From IMG/VR virus record IMGVR_UViG_3300029288_000114, positions 33,019 to 97,018 of that record: a stretch of DNA of 64,000 bases. One strand, given 5' to 3'. The notes under the pieces were generated by a model. The model made no database searches, was not told where the DNA came from, and saw nothing but the letters and a program-made list of their open reading frames with translations. Shown piece after piece: positions 9,780 to 20,004 of this stretch. This DNA is from a virus (Duplodnaviria > Caudoviricetes). Position 1 is the first letter of the stretch. Each line of letters opens with the position of its first letter. The translations under genes were made by a program, and so were the position numbers.

Positions 9780-10258
9780 TCGTTATCATTCCCCCCTTGA
9801 ATATAAGAGTCTTTTGAAAACAGGAAGTCGCACAGCGTTTCGTAGCTGGCAAAGATTTCCGTGTTCTTGCCCTCGGCGGCGGATGACTGATGGTCGATAT
9901 ACCCGTCCACCATTCCGTCTGGCACTGGATATTTGTTCGTTAAAACCCACTCAACATAATCGAATCCGGCGTATGCGCGCAATGCTTTCTCTAGCGTTGG
10001 TCGCCAGGTCTCGCGGCGCGTATTATACCAGCAAGTATCTCCGCATCTCTCCGCTTCAAGAATTTGCAAGGCGGCAAAGTTTAGCTTGTCATAGAAGTCG
10101 GTGTATTTCTCGTTTTCCCATCCGAACTCAATTTCGCCGCTATCGCCGATTCGGACGATCTTTCCCAACCCAAATCCGGGCGTCATCATTCTGGTGTTGC
10201 ACAATACGATAAAGCTACTACTGGAACTGTTAGTTACAAAGCCCTGTCGTGTTTTCAC
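9776..10258 (-). CDS. NSSS-leader protein 1
   Basis: Starts MKTRQGFVTNSSSSSFIV; start overlaps the rSAM stop. Confidence 0.85.
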   Translation of the reverse strand: MKTRQGFVTNSSSSSFIVLCNTRMMTPGFGLGKIVRIGDSGEIEFGWENEKYTDFYDKLNFAALQILEAERCGDTCWYNTRRETWRPTLEKALRAYAGFDYVEWVLTNKYPVPDGMVDGYIDHQSSAAEGKNTEIFASYETLCDFLFSKDSYIQGGNDNE

Positions 10259-12575
10259 CGCGTCTTCTCCCTACGATTACACAGCACTACTTCTGGTTTC
10301 AACGGACATCCACCCATGCAGTTCTGCCGCACGGCGCATCCCGGACAGCGATTGCGCAACTGGTCGCGGAACGCCTCGAATTGCGGACTGCTCCACGCCT
10401 CTTCAATCGTATGATCGCGCAGGCTAACGCCGTATTTCAATTCCTGGTCGAAGCTACACGGCGTAGCGATCATATCCGGTGTAATGTACATACTGAACCG
10501 CGCACCCTCGCAGGTGTCGATGCTGTCCATGTTGATGTCTGAGGTATAGTTGATTATACCAGGAATAGAACAACTGTCAAATCCAATCTTGAAGTCGCCA
10601 TTCCAATTATCAATAATTTGGAAGAACTTGTCCAGCTTTGGATCGCCCGGCTGCAACACATTCGCTTGCTGTCCAAGCCCAACCGGTTTGTGCAGCAAGA
10701 ACACTACTGCGCTAATGCCATCAGGAAAGTTGTTGTTTAACAGGCGGCAATTCGCTTCATCAATTGAGTTGTTACCGAGAACGTAGTGAATATTTGTAGT
10801 CACTCCAGCATCAACGAGCCTGCCAATTGCGGAGAGCGTGTATGGTGAGCGGTACCACGAAACAGCAGCGGCACCACACATATCTTTGGTAGGGCTACTT
10901 CTTTATCGGTGAGTCCAAGGCCGCTTGTGGTATAGTTGGGGATAATGCCGTACTCGCGCGTCATTCTTAGGATGTCGCCGAATTGCTCGTGCTTGTTTGG
11001 ATCACCACGGCCGCCTAGCGCGCAATTGTGTGACAAAATACCGTTTGACGTAACAAATAGGTGCGCGTCGCTTTTAACCTCAATATCAACCACGCGAGAC
11101 ATACCGGCGGGGGTGACAGATACGACCACATTATCCTTATACAGCCTTGAATTTTTGCTGTTAATATTATTTGCAACACAATCCAAGAACCCGGAACTGT
11201 TCCAGTGGAATCTCGTCGCGGATTTTATAATATTGATGTCATGATTATTGTATATTCTAACCCTATATCTCGTGCTTCTATTGATCGATCTCCCGAAACT
11301 CTTGTCAAAAGAAACACCGCCACTTTCAGACGAAACAGACGGAATAATGCCAAACTTCACACTAAAAAGCATAGAAAGTCCAGATGCCAAATACTTACTT
11401 GAAGTGTTAAATACAACAGACGCTCCATTAACACTATCATACTTCAGATCCCCGTCACAGAAATATCCAGCCAGGAATTCAGTCACCATATCCTGAGAGA
11501 GGTCAAAGATAAAGTTTGGGAGTTGCTTCTTCTTATCTTTGCCGCGACAACCAAATGCAATATCAAATATGATTTTGTGTAAAATATTTGAACCAAATTC
11601 AAAAACGTATTTATTGCTTTTCTTGGTGATGTGATAGCCGAGATTCGGGAATACAGAATCAACACAATGTATTAAATCAAGAAACATAGCCTCTTTCGCA
11701 AGGCCCATAACGTAGCTTCTGCGCGACCCGTCTCCTACATAGTATCCGATCATTCGCATAAGCTCTGCTGACACGGGAATAATTGATGGGACTGTGTACT
11801 GCGACCGCTCCACGCCCAAGGCCACAACCACCGAGTCAAGGTTTCCGTCGTACATTGACAATTTCACAGACCGCTTTCCGTCGATGCGGACATTGAACTT
11901 ATATCCAAGCCCCGCATCAATTATCATCCTGGCTATATTAAGCTCTGTAATTCCATTAAATGCAGTCGGTGTAGCCATAACCATTCTATCGCCACCGACA
12001 ATTTCGCAAACCTGTTTTTCTACTCTCCGCCCGTCCTCTGTTAATACCGGAAAAGTGTGATCCGCAGTGGCTTTAATCTTTCTCCCGCCATCAATCGCAA
12101 TCTCAAAAATGTCCTTAACAGATTCCGACTTAGCGACAACTGGAATATAACCAGCAAAACCGTCGTGAATTTTCTCGCCGATTTTCACATCGGCAATCCT
12201 TATAACTCCACGATCCCCACTAAGTACAATCTCGTCTTCATGCAAGCATTGCATTACAACGCCTTGACTCTGGTGCATAATGCTTTCGTAGTCTTCAACG
12301 CTCATATTCGGCTCGTTGCGCGTCAGCCCACTTTGGTAGCACTGCACACCAGACGCCAAGCATAACCCGCTTTTGCCGTGAACGCAATGGCCCATGATTC
12401 CTATATCGATGAGTGAGGGCATACTGCGCATAAACGGATCAACGCCCGTATCCACCGTGCCCTCAATCACGCCAGAGCGAATATACGCGCCATTCTCGCG
12501 GTTGAACCATTCGGCGAAGTTGTATTTCTTGTCTACGTACATATCTTGCTCGCTACCACGAATAATCTTAATCAC
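10255..12575 (-). CDS. radical SAM/SPASM protein, intein-containing, with an apparent -1 frameshift near 10885
   Basis: N part: CVHGKSGLCLASGVQCYQ, ALGGRGDP, NYTTSG. C part (ORF 10255-10881): KPVGLG, CEGARFSMYITPDMIATPC, CPGCAVRQNCMGGCP SPASM motif. Confidence 0.85.
11025..12248 (-). mobile_element. intein with LAGLIDADG endonuclease (408 aa) in the radical SAM gene
   Basis: Begins CLHEDE, ATADHTF block B, GYYVGDG and FLAGYFCDG motifs, ends ILSHN before C(+1)ALGG; AT-rich. Confidence 0.9.
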
Positions 12576-13164
12576 TGCTTACTCCTAGTTGCTCTTCAAT
12601 CCATGCTCGCGTTTCTGGATGAAGAATGATCTTGTCCTTGTTGTCCAGATACCATTGCTTCGTATCTGGATCGTTGTTGTTACCCTGCTGCTTACCATAG
12701 GCGCGCCCCGCACCAATCCAGTCCGCAAGCATCTCCCTGCGGTAGCGATCTGGCATAGGCACGGGTGTCTGGCATTGCCGTAATGCGAATAACACAAAGT
12801 CTTGTGAGTTGTATTGAAAGCTGCCCCTAAACGCAACCCGCGCATAATCGCCAGCGTCGCGCCAGATTTCGTACACGCCATTTGCGCCGCGAATATGCCA
12901 GCCGTCTTCCTGGCAGCCCTGAAAGAGCCAAAACTGCCAGTGGTGAGCATTCCTCTTGTAGTGCATAGCAAACGCTCGCAAAATTCTGTCGTCGTCGTAG
13001 CGCATGGTATTCCCATAGAATCTTTGCGCATACGGGATAAACTCTGACGGCAAGAACTTCGACCAGTCGTGTAGAATCCCCAACAGCGGAACGCCTAGCC
13101 GCACGCACTCAACCAGCACAAACCACTTATGCCGCAATAGGGCTTTCAAATACTTCCAGTACAT
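12568..13164 (-). CDS. HD-like protein (DUF5662-like)
   Basis: HKWFV, LHDWSKF, HYKRNAHHWQ, EMLADW motifs. Confidence 0.7.
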   Translation of the reverse strand: MYWKYLKALLRHKWFVLVECVRLGVPLLGILHDWSKFLPSEFIPYAQRFYGNTMRYDDDRILRAFAMHYKRNAHHWQFWLFQGCQEDGWHIRGANGVYEIWRDAGDYARVAFRGSFQYNSQDFVLFALRQCQTPVPMPDRYRREMLADWIGAGRAYGKQQGNNNDPDTKQWYLDNKDKIILHPETRAWIEEQLGVSSD

Positions 13165-13166
13165 AA

Positions 13167-14150
13167 TTACTCCTTAATCATTGCGTATGCTTTCTGGTAG
13201 TCGGTGTGAAGATCACAAGGAACTCCAAACGAGACGATTTGATCGTAGCTCCACTCCATATCGCGGAATACCCTGCCGTCGCCATCCCAATGACTAATGC
13301 GATCTGACACTTGCTCGTAAATCTCGCGGTCTGTTTCTGTTTCAGCCGAGAAGCTATCTAGTCCGTACTGCGCGAGAGACGGCCCGTCAGACCAGTCGTC
13401 GCGATTGCGTTGCATATAATGTGCCAAGCGCAGGTACTTGTTGGAATTAACGATTGTATCAAAGAGCGTATATTCATCTGTCTCGATTGGCAACCCGTAC
13501 TTAGATAACAAAGCCACAAGCTCAAGGTCGGCTTTGCGCTTTCTGATTTCTTCTTGCTCTTTGCGTTCTTTCTCTGCCGCTTGCTGTCGTTCCTCGGCTT
13601 GCATCTTTCTCTCGAAATCGTTGATTTGCTGCTCCAGTTCGACGTATCGCTTCATCTCGACGTCATAGTTATCGCTAACGGGCAACCATCGCTCAATGTC
13701 GCCGCGATAACCGGCAACGTTCTTAATTGCGGTTTTTTCACGAGATCGCTTTGTCTTGTATTCGTGTGTCGTGTATGTTTGCGGGATACCAATCGCCGAC
13801 ATCACTGATTCGATACGCGCGCGTGCCTTTTCGTTATTAGCAATGGCGTCTATGTTGGATGCGTGCATTTTCTCTGCTTTGTCGCGCCATTCAGATACAG
13901 TCTTACGCGCGTTAGCAACAGCGACTTTCCACGAACTTCCGTAGCGGCTATCGTCGTAGTACATAACATTGCTGTGCCAGTGCCCGCTGAAAGAGATTTT
14001 CTTCACTTCGCTCATCACGCCGTTCTCGGTGTTGAGCTTGGCAGTTAGGGATTCAATCTTTTTCAGCAGAGCATCAACGGATTGCTTGGCGATGTCTGCG
14101 TATCCTTCTGCTTCTGTGTTTGCATGTGACGATACGCCAGTGTACATCAT
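13167..14150 (-). CDS. hypothetical coiled-coil protein
   Basis: 327-aa ORF in an operon. Confidence 0.75.
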   Translation of the reverse strand: MMYTGVSSHANTEAEGYADIAKQSVDALLKKIESLTAKLNTENGVMSEVKKISFSGHWHSNVMYYDDSRYGSSWKVAVANARKTVSEWRDKAEKMHASNIDAIANNEKARARIESVMSAIGIPQTYTTHEYKTKRSREKTAIKNVAGYRGDIERWLPVSDNYDVEMKRYVELEQQINDFERKMQAEERQQAAEKERKEQEEIRKRKADLELVALLSKYGLPIETDEYTLFDTIVNSNKYLRLAHYMQRNRDDWSDGPSLAQYGLDSFSAETETDREIYEQVSDRISHWDGDGRVFRDMEWSYDQIVSFGVPCDLHTDYQKAYAMIKE

Positions 14151-14404
14151 GCGCCCCTAGTCGCTCTGGCGACAATCATCTCGATAAAATCAATTTGCGC
14201 TTCCCATAAATCAGCGACAACCGATGTGCGCATATATTCTATCGCCATCTGGCAAGCCTTTATCAAGTCCGGCGCAGCAGTAATAAGATAGCCGTTTGCG
14301 ATCATCTCGTCCTTCTCCCGCAGCCCAATATGCGCTACGTCGAAACCTTCTTCGTCAGACACCCATTCTTCACCGTCGAATGTCCAATGCCCTTTTGTGT
14401 ACAT
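14147..14404 (-). CDS. phage hypothetical protein
   Basis: YTKGHW...ANGYLITAAPDL resembles the common phage TPGPW..NARLIAAAP pattern. Confidence 0.6.
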   Translation of the reverse strand: MYTKGHWTFDGEEWVSDEEGFDVAHIGLREKDEMIANGYLITAAPDLIKACQMAIEYMRTSVVADLWEAQIDFIEMIVARATRGA

Positions 14405-14709
14405 TACAATTCCCCCATCATCTCGCGCACAAAATAATCTCTGATATTGTACCCTTCGCCGATGGCGCGCAGCGCAATGGCTTTCAGGTTCATATACGCC
14501 GCGCCGTATTGCCCACACTCGGCGCTTGTATCTTCAACGATCTTCTCTAGCGCGCCAAGATACGCTTTGGCAATACGTTCTAGGCACTCGCGCCCCATTT
14601 CTTCGCGGCGCTCTATACTCTCGATAAGTTTGGCGATGTGCTCCGCGTCTTCTTCCATGGCGACTCCGTTAATATATAGCCCGGCATTTGTCCCGTAGAT
14701 CGTACTCAT
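14404..14709 (-). CDS. hypothetical protein
   Basis: ORF packed in the operon. Confidence 0.5.
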   Translation of the reverse strand: MSTIYGTNAGLYINGVAMEEDAEHIAKLIESIERREEMGRECLERIAKAYLGALEKIVEDTSAECGQYGAAYMNLKAIALRAIGEGYNIRDYFVREMMGEL

Positions 14710-15569
14710 AAATACATCACCCCAAACATTGCTACGCCCCATAGGGCGATGTCAACCTGTAACGCCCGATCTTTTAACAGCGCCTCATCGGGCGCGAGTT
14801 GCATCTTCTCGATATGAACCAGATAGAGATAGCGAAAGATGCCATAGACCACAAACACAATCGTTGTCGCCGCGAGATGATTGCTCCGCATATTTGTCGC
14901 CGTGATGGTGTAGAGTGAATACATAGCGATGCACAGCGTTGCCGAGATGTTGAGTAATTGCCCCGTGAATTCATGGTTGTTGTAGTTTTTGTCCCGCGCG
15001 CTCTGCGCATTACCGTTAATGGACTCGGCATAACGTTTGCCGAATCCCAGGAATAACGCCAGGAAGAACACGCACAGGATAAGCCATAGCGACATGCTCT
15101 CGGCGTTCACGGCGAACATCCCCGCGACAACACGCAGCACAAAGCCGGTGGTGATTGATAGCACGTCTACAATCGGCTTGTGTTTCAAGGACATCGTATA
15201 CGCCAACTGCATGGCGATATACCAGCCCAAGATATAACTGAATTGCTCATTTACAATCCGCGACAGAACGAACGCGCCCGTTCCTACAAGAACGGACAGT
15301 CCCGCGGCCGTTTGCCACTTCAATGCACCGCTGGCAATCGGGCGATGCGCCTTGCGTGGATTCCTGGCATCGTCTTTCTCGTCTACAATATCATTGAGTA
15401 CATACACGAATCCTGATGCCAAACAAAATACCAAGAATCCAAGCGTGGCGCTCCACAAATATTGCAGATCGAACAGCTTGCGATCAAAGAACAACGGCGC
15501 AAGCACAAACACGTTCTTGACCCATTGCTTAGGGCGCATCGATTTAAGAAACAGAATCGCGGTCTTCAT
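14706..15569 (-). CDS. UbiA-family prenyltransferase (decaprenyl-phosphate phosphoribosyltransferase-like)
   Basis: MRPKQWVKN, YVLNDIVD...D..NPRKAHRPIASG, LKHKPIVDV..GFVLRV, KRYAE, YGIFRYLYL; multiple TMs. Confidence 0.85.
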   Translation of the reverse strand: MKTAILFLKSMRPKQWVKNVFVLAPLFFDRKLFDLQYLWSATLGFLVFCLASGFVYVLNDIVDEKDDARNPRKAHRPIASGALKWQTAAGLSVLVGTGAFVLSRIVNEQFSYILGWYIAMQLAYTMSLKHKPIVDVLSITTGFVLRVVAGMFAVNAESMSLWLILCVFFLALFLGFGKRYAESINGNAQSARDKNYNNHEFTGQLLNISATLCIAMYSLYTITATNMRSNHLAATTIVFVVYGIFRYLYLVHIEKMQLAPDEALLKDRALQVDIALWGVAMFGVMYL

Positions 15570-15769
15570 CCTCGTCCTCGTAGATGTCTGCTGGAATCGC
15601 TTTTAGATCGTACAGCAACCCAATCAGCTCGTCGATGTCTGCATAATTAAAGTCCCATGCCAGACCAGTCTCTTCGTTGTCTGGCATGGGGTGCCAGATA
15701 CAACACCCGATACCGTTTTGATATTGTACTTTGTCGGCGCAGAATGTCTTTGATCTAATGTACGGCATC

Positions 15770-15985
15770 TTAAATCGTATGCGTATCCAAAAACCAGTCC
15801 AACCCCAAGCGTTCGGCAATCCCGATAGCTTTTTGTGGGTTGATCGCCCAAATGTCAAACAGTTTCTCTGGGTCGGATTCCACAAGCGAATCCAGTTCTG
15901 CATTAATGCTCTCCACCACTGCTTCCGCACGCGCCAATGCCGCCCCTAGCGCAACAATCTTCTCTTGCTTGTCTTTATCGTTCAT
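15770..15985 (-). CDS. hypothetical protein
   Basis: AAGGAG RBS downstream of a promoter. Confidence 0.55.
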   Translation of the reverse strand: MNDKDKQEKIVALGAALARAEAVVESINAELDSLVESDPEKLFDIWAINPQKAIGIAERLGLDWFLDTHTI

Positions 15986-16014
15986 CAGTGTTCTCCTTTA
16001 ATCGGTATGCTTAG

Positions 16015-16056
16015 ATTGTAGCACGATTAGGCGTGAGCAACAGTGACAAACATCAC
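16015..16056 (-). promoter_or_regulatory. activator-dependent promoter (GTGA-N6-TCAC, N22, -10)
   Basis: GTGATGTTTGTCAC-N22-TACAAT with extended TG. Confidence 0.6.
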
Positions 16057-16074
16057 CGCCGCTCACGCCGCTTG

Positions 16075-16689
16075 TCACTTCCGCAACTCTTTGATTAAGA
16101 GCCTAGACCAGCTCTCGTAACCCTCGTCCTCATTGATGTCGTTCAGCGACACGAACCCAAAGTCCGTATGCCTCTCTGTATCAACACAATACACGCCACT
16201 GGCAGTCGCGTAATAAACGATACCAATATGCACACGCCCGACATCATTCGAGTCATCGTAGATCAATCCTGCCGGAGTAGCCGTAAGGCAGAAATAGTCG
16301 TAGGCAAATTCTTCGTTGAACTCTCGCAACAGGGCGCGATTCACCATCGCCGAGAACGACAGTTTGCCATTCGCGGCATCCTGTAGATTGATGTGACCGC
16401 CAACACCGACCGACCAATTCCCGTACAGGCGCTCATCCCCGCCCTTTTTAGTACGGCGGTATTGAAGCACCCGTAATGTATCGCGGCTGAATACCACGAT
16501 GTACGGGATTACCTGCAAGAATTGGTGGCTGTGTTCCGCAACACTGCGCGGGAGCATACAGGTGTCACGCCACAATTCATTCTGATAGTGGCGGATAAAT
16601 TCAGATGCCGCATAACCATCCAACATTGCCCCGGTTGCCCATTTAAATTTCGGGTCGTTTGTAATACAAAGTACCGTTTCGTTAGACAT
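16075..16689 (-). CDS. NUDIX-like phosphoesterase (YmaB/COG4112-like)
   Basis: QVIPY, GGDERL...SVGVGGHIN, REFNEE, VGRVHIG, YESWS. Confidence 0.8.
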   Translation of the reverse strand: MSNETVLCITNDPKFKWATGAMLDGYAASEFIRHYQNELWRDTCMLPRSVAEHSHQFLQVIPYIVVFSRDTLRVLQYRRTKKGGDERLYGNWSVGVGGHINLQDAANGKLSFSAMVNRALLREFNEEFAYDYFCLTATPAGLIYDDSNDVGRVHIGIVYYATASGVYCVDTERHTDFGFVSLNDINEDEGYESWSRLLIKELRK

Positions 16690-16975
16690 CGATCCCCCAA
16701 CTCTCGTATGCACTTCTAATGTACTTGGCAACTTCTTCGCTCTCGGTGTGCTGTTCTAGCATGATCGGCACAACTACGGCCTTGAAGTATGCCAAAAATG
16801 ACATCTCTCTGGCAACCGCAACGCTATCTGCACAATCCCCAAGACTAATGACAATTTCAATGCTGTTAAAGTTCAGACCAAGAATCGAGTCTAGCATATC
16901 CTTGTGTCTAATCCATTGCCAGTCTCCCCCCTCTGGCGGGGCGATCTCTTTGTCGAACCATAACCTAAGCTGCAT
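16682..16975 (-). CDS. hypothetical protein (receiver-like)
   Basis: LRLWFD...PP..W.WIR pattern. Confidence 0.5.
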   Translation of the reverse strand: MQLRLWFDKEIAPPEGGDWQWIRHKDMLDSILGLNFNSIEIVISLGDCADSVAVAREMSFLAYFKAVVVPIMLEQHTESEEVAKYIRSAYESWGIDV

Positions 16976-17249
16976 GCGCCAGCCGTCCCTTTACCGCAGC
17001 CAAGATGATGCTGAGTTCATCTGCCGTTAGCGGCTTGGTCAACGCTGGAATATTATCCAGATCGTATACATCAAATAGGGCGTGGCAATCCGAGCACATA
17101 ATCACGCCGGGAAGTTCAACGATCTCGTCAGTCTCCAGATGTTCGCAGTCCATTGCTATCCTCCAGAACAAAACACGAATAATGCTACTATCGCCAATAC
17201 AGCGATAGCCAACAACAAAATCCTGAACAAGTGATAGCGCGCTCGCCAG

Positions 17250-17888
17250 CTATTCGTCTTGTGCCTCGAACCATTCTGGGTGTTCACTCGCCACTTTCTC
17301 GCGATATGGAACAAACACTGCCGGTGCGTAGTATATCAACAAGTCAAGCATCTTAATGCACATATCGCGGATTTCCCACTGTGCAGCGGGATGTATGCGC
17401 ATATCAAATAGATGCAGGTATCCACGCAAGTTTGTTGTAATCAGAATAGTCGTCTTCGTGGCTTTGGGAAGCACAAAACGCGCATCCTCCTTTGGTATGC
17501 CGTCGGCCCGCAAAAGACAATACATAGTGAATAGCCCGTCTGCAATCTTGGTGTATGCAGATAGAGCCTCTTCGTTCTTGCGGATCGACTCTGGCACAAC
17601 ATATGATGGCTCGTTAAATTCGCAGTACCTTTCCGACATTTGGGCATAACTCACCAGACGATGCCGCACAAGCTGATGGCTTGCTGTCCGACTAATCCCT
17701 TCAACCAAGAACGTCACAGAGTTGTGCTCTAACAAGCCCAAGTGCTGCTCGTCAATCCGTTGACGGATGAATCGCTCTGATTGTCCAAACCTGGACAACG
17801 AGTTCGTGCATACACGCCCGGCGTACTCGATCAGATATTGCGGCTCGAAATCAAGAGCCTGAGTAGTGGCAATGATTTTAACTTTCAT
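17250..17888 (-). CDS. thyX: flavin-dependent thymidylate synthase
   Basis: AGRVC, HLGLLEH, SRTASHQLVRHR..SYAQMSERY, EDARFVLP, AQWEIR. Confidence 0.93.
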   Translation of the reverse strand: MKVKIIATTQALDFEPQYLIEYAGRVCTNSLSRFGQSERFIRQRIDEQHLGLLEHNSVTFLVEGISRTASHQLVRHRLVSYAQMSERYCEFNEPSYVVPESIRKNEEALSAYTKIADGLFTMYCLLRADGIPKEDARFVLPKATKTTILITTNLRGYLHLFDMRIHPAAQWEIRDMCIKMLDLLIYYAPAVFVPYREKVASEHPEWFEAQDE

Positions 17889-18277
17889 TGCTATGCCAGC
17901 GCGTGACCCAAGAACATAGGCCAAAACACAAGAATTACCATGAACTCTAAAAGATTGTCTGTCTGTTTGCCGTATGCGTACCAGTAGCCGAATAGAAAAT
18001 ATACAACAAGCAAAAATACAAGCTCCATGTTATTCCCCCAAGAATCTAAACCTGTTTCTGAATACATCTAGCGAAAACATACCGTCTCCACCGTCAGCAT
18101 AAACGAACTTGACGAACAGCTCGTTTACCCGCGCCACAATCCCTCTCCTGCGCAGAAACATATCTTCGTATTCGCGCCCCTCTCTAATTCCATGCAGGTT
18201 CCTGAACACGCTCGACCCTCACAACATCACGCAATGCTCTACCGCTATTCCAAATTTTCAGCAATGCAGATACAACA

Positions 18278-19367
18278 CTATGCCCACTGAAACATTGGCT
18301 GTACATGCGCTTGTCCATCTGATTGTAAAACAGTATCTCGATCACCGACGTTCACCCCCTGTAAGATTTCACCCGCCATCCGCTCGATGGCTTCTGCGAA
18401 TGTTTCGTTTTCTTGTCGCTGCGCCACATACGTCGCGCCATTAACCACGTCCATCATTCGCACGTCGTTTGCCCGTGCGGATTCGCCAGCGTTACCGACA
18501 GATGCGCCTTGCCATTCGTCGGCTACGGTCTTTGACAAGCCGTATTTCTCGGCCCACTTGTCAATCAGCGGGCGTAGCGATTTGCTTTCAATATGCACGG
18601 ACTCGCTTGCCACGAACTTCTCTGCGGCTTCTTCTGAAAGACGCAGCCCCTCAGCCAGCGCACCCGCTACCATCGCGGCAAGCACGTTAGAGTCGAAATA
18701 GCGATGCCGTACAATCACCGCAGTTTTCCGCTTCCCATCCATAGATTATGCCGTTCGTGCAAACCGAGCGATACAACCCGCCCGTCACTCGCGCACTACC
18801 ATCGCCGATCTCGCTGTTACGAATGTACACGCCGGGATGTAATCCGCCGTATTTATCCGAGAATGTAATTTGCGGCAGCAAAATATACGCCCGCAACCGA
18901 TCCCCTACGCTCGGACGATGTACAAACGCATCAACGCCCTTGCCAACCGTTTCCATACCGCGCTCTACGAGACCGACAAATCTGTTATTGTCGAACACGG
19001 TGTAGTCGGTTGACAAAACAGCACGGAATGCGTCGCCTTGCGCCCGCATCAGATATTCGCGCCCCGCCTCTGCCTCTTTTTGCAAAAGGCGATTAAGGAT
19101 TGTCGCTTCTAGGTCTGGCGGGCAACGGTCTGGATCACCGATCCAACGCAGGTCTGGCCCACCAATGCGCCCATTAAATTGCGCATATGCATAATCGTTC
19201 AGCGCCAGCTCCATCAATACCGACTGCTGCTCGAATAAAGTCGGCTGAGTCGGATAGCGCACGATCTTGTCTGCGACATAATGTAGATCACCTGCCGCCA
19301 GCCTCTCATCCCAACAATCCTCTGCGTATTGATCTACCAAGTTTCTCAAATCGCCTAGCGTTTGCAT
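18278..19367 (-). CDS. DUF932-like phage protein, apparently split by a frameshift near 18725
   Basis: RAVLSTDY, NSEIG..S..V..GLYR.VCTNG in one frame; continuation AVIVRHRY in the adjacent frame. Confidence 0.55.
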
Positions 19368-19463
19368 AACAACTCCTTTACATAACTAACCAATGCTGAC
19401 ATAATAATGTATGTCGCGAGCGTCGCGGCGATGATGTAATATAAGATAACCGCATATACGATT

Positions 19464-19784
19464 CTAAGAACGCTCGTCGTCTTTGAACTTAAATGGTGTG
19501 ATTTCTGGAATAACATCTGGGCAAACCTTTCTGGCGTATCCATAATACGGATCGCCCGGAGTTTGGTGGGCGTTTAACACATACAGCAACGCATCCATCA
19601 GCCTAGCTTCGAGAGGACGCTTTAATACATTCGTCTCTCGCTCTGGTACTGAAACGCTAGAGTTCTTGAAAGCCGAGTACACTGCCGCCCTGGTTACGCC
19701 GTACATCTCGGCAACCCTCTGCACGCCGTGTGTACGGCACAAATCAATCAACACTTCAAGCGGCGGGAGTTTCTGCTTTGCCAT
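19464..19784 (-). CDS. HTH DNA-binding protein
   Basis: GVQRVAEMYGVTRAAVYS. Confidence 0.6.
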   Translation of the reverse strand: MAKQKLPPLEVLIDLCRTHGVQRVAEMYGVTRAAVYSAFKNSSVSVPERETNVLKRPLEARLMDALLYVLNAHQTPGDPYYGYARKVCPDVIPEITPFKFKDDERS

Positions 19785-20004
19785 TGCCCGTTCCAGTAAC
19801 ATCGTTCGGATTAACGCCGGTCGCATAAATATGCGCCATTGCCAGCACGTTTTCCGCATTCCTTACCGCCTGCGTGCTTGCCGCCGCAACAAGAAGCGCG
19901 ACAATCATCAGCGGAACACCAGTCCAGGCAGGAATATCACCGGCCACCATTCCGACGTTTAGCCCATAAAACGCAACCCAATGCAAAATCGCAATAGCTT
20001 TCAC
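19756..20004 (-). CDS. small membrane protein
   Basis: Two hydrophobic segments. Confidence 0.5.
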   Translation of the reverse strand: MKAIAILHWVAFYGLNVGMVAGDIPAWTGVPLMIVALLVAAASTQAVRNAENVLAMAHIYATGVNPNDVTGTGNGKAETPAA

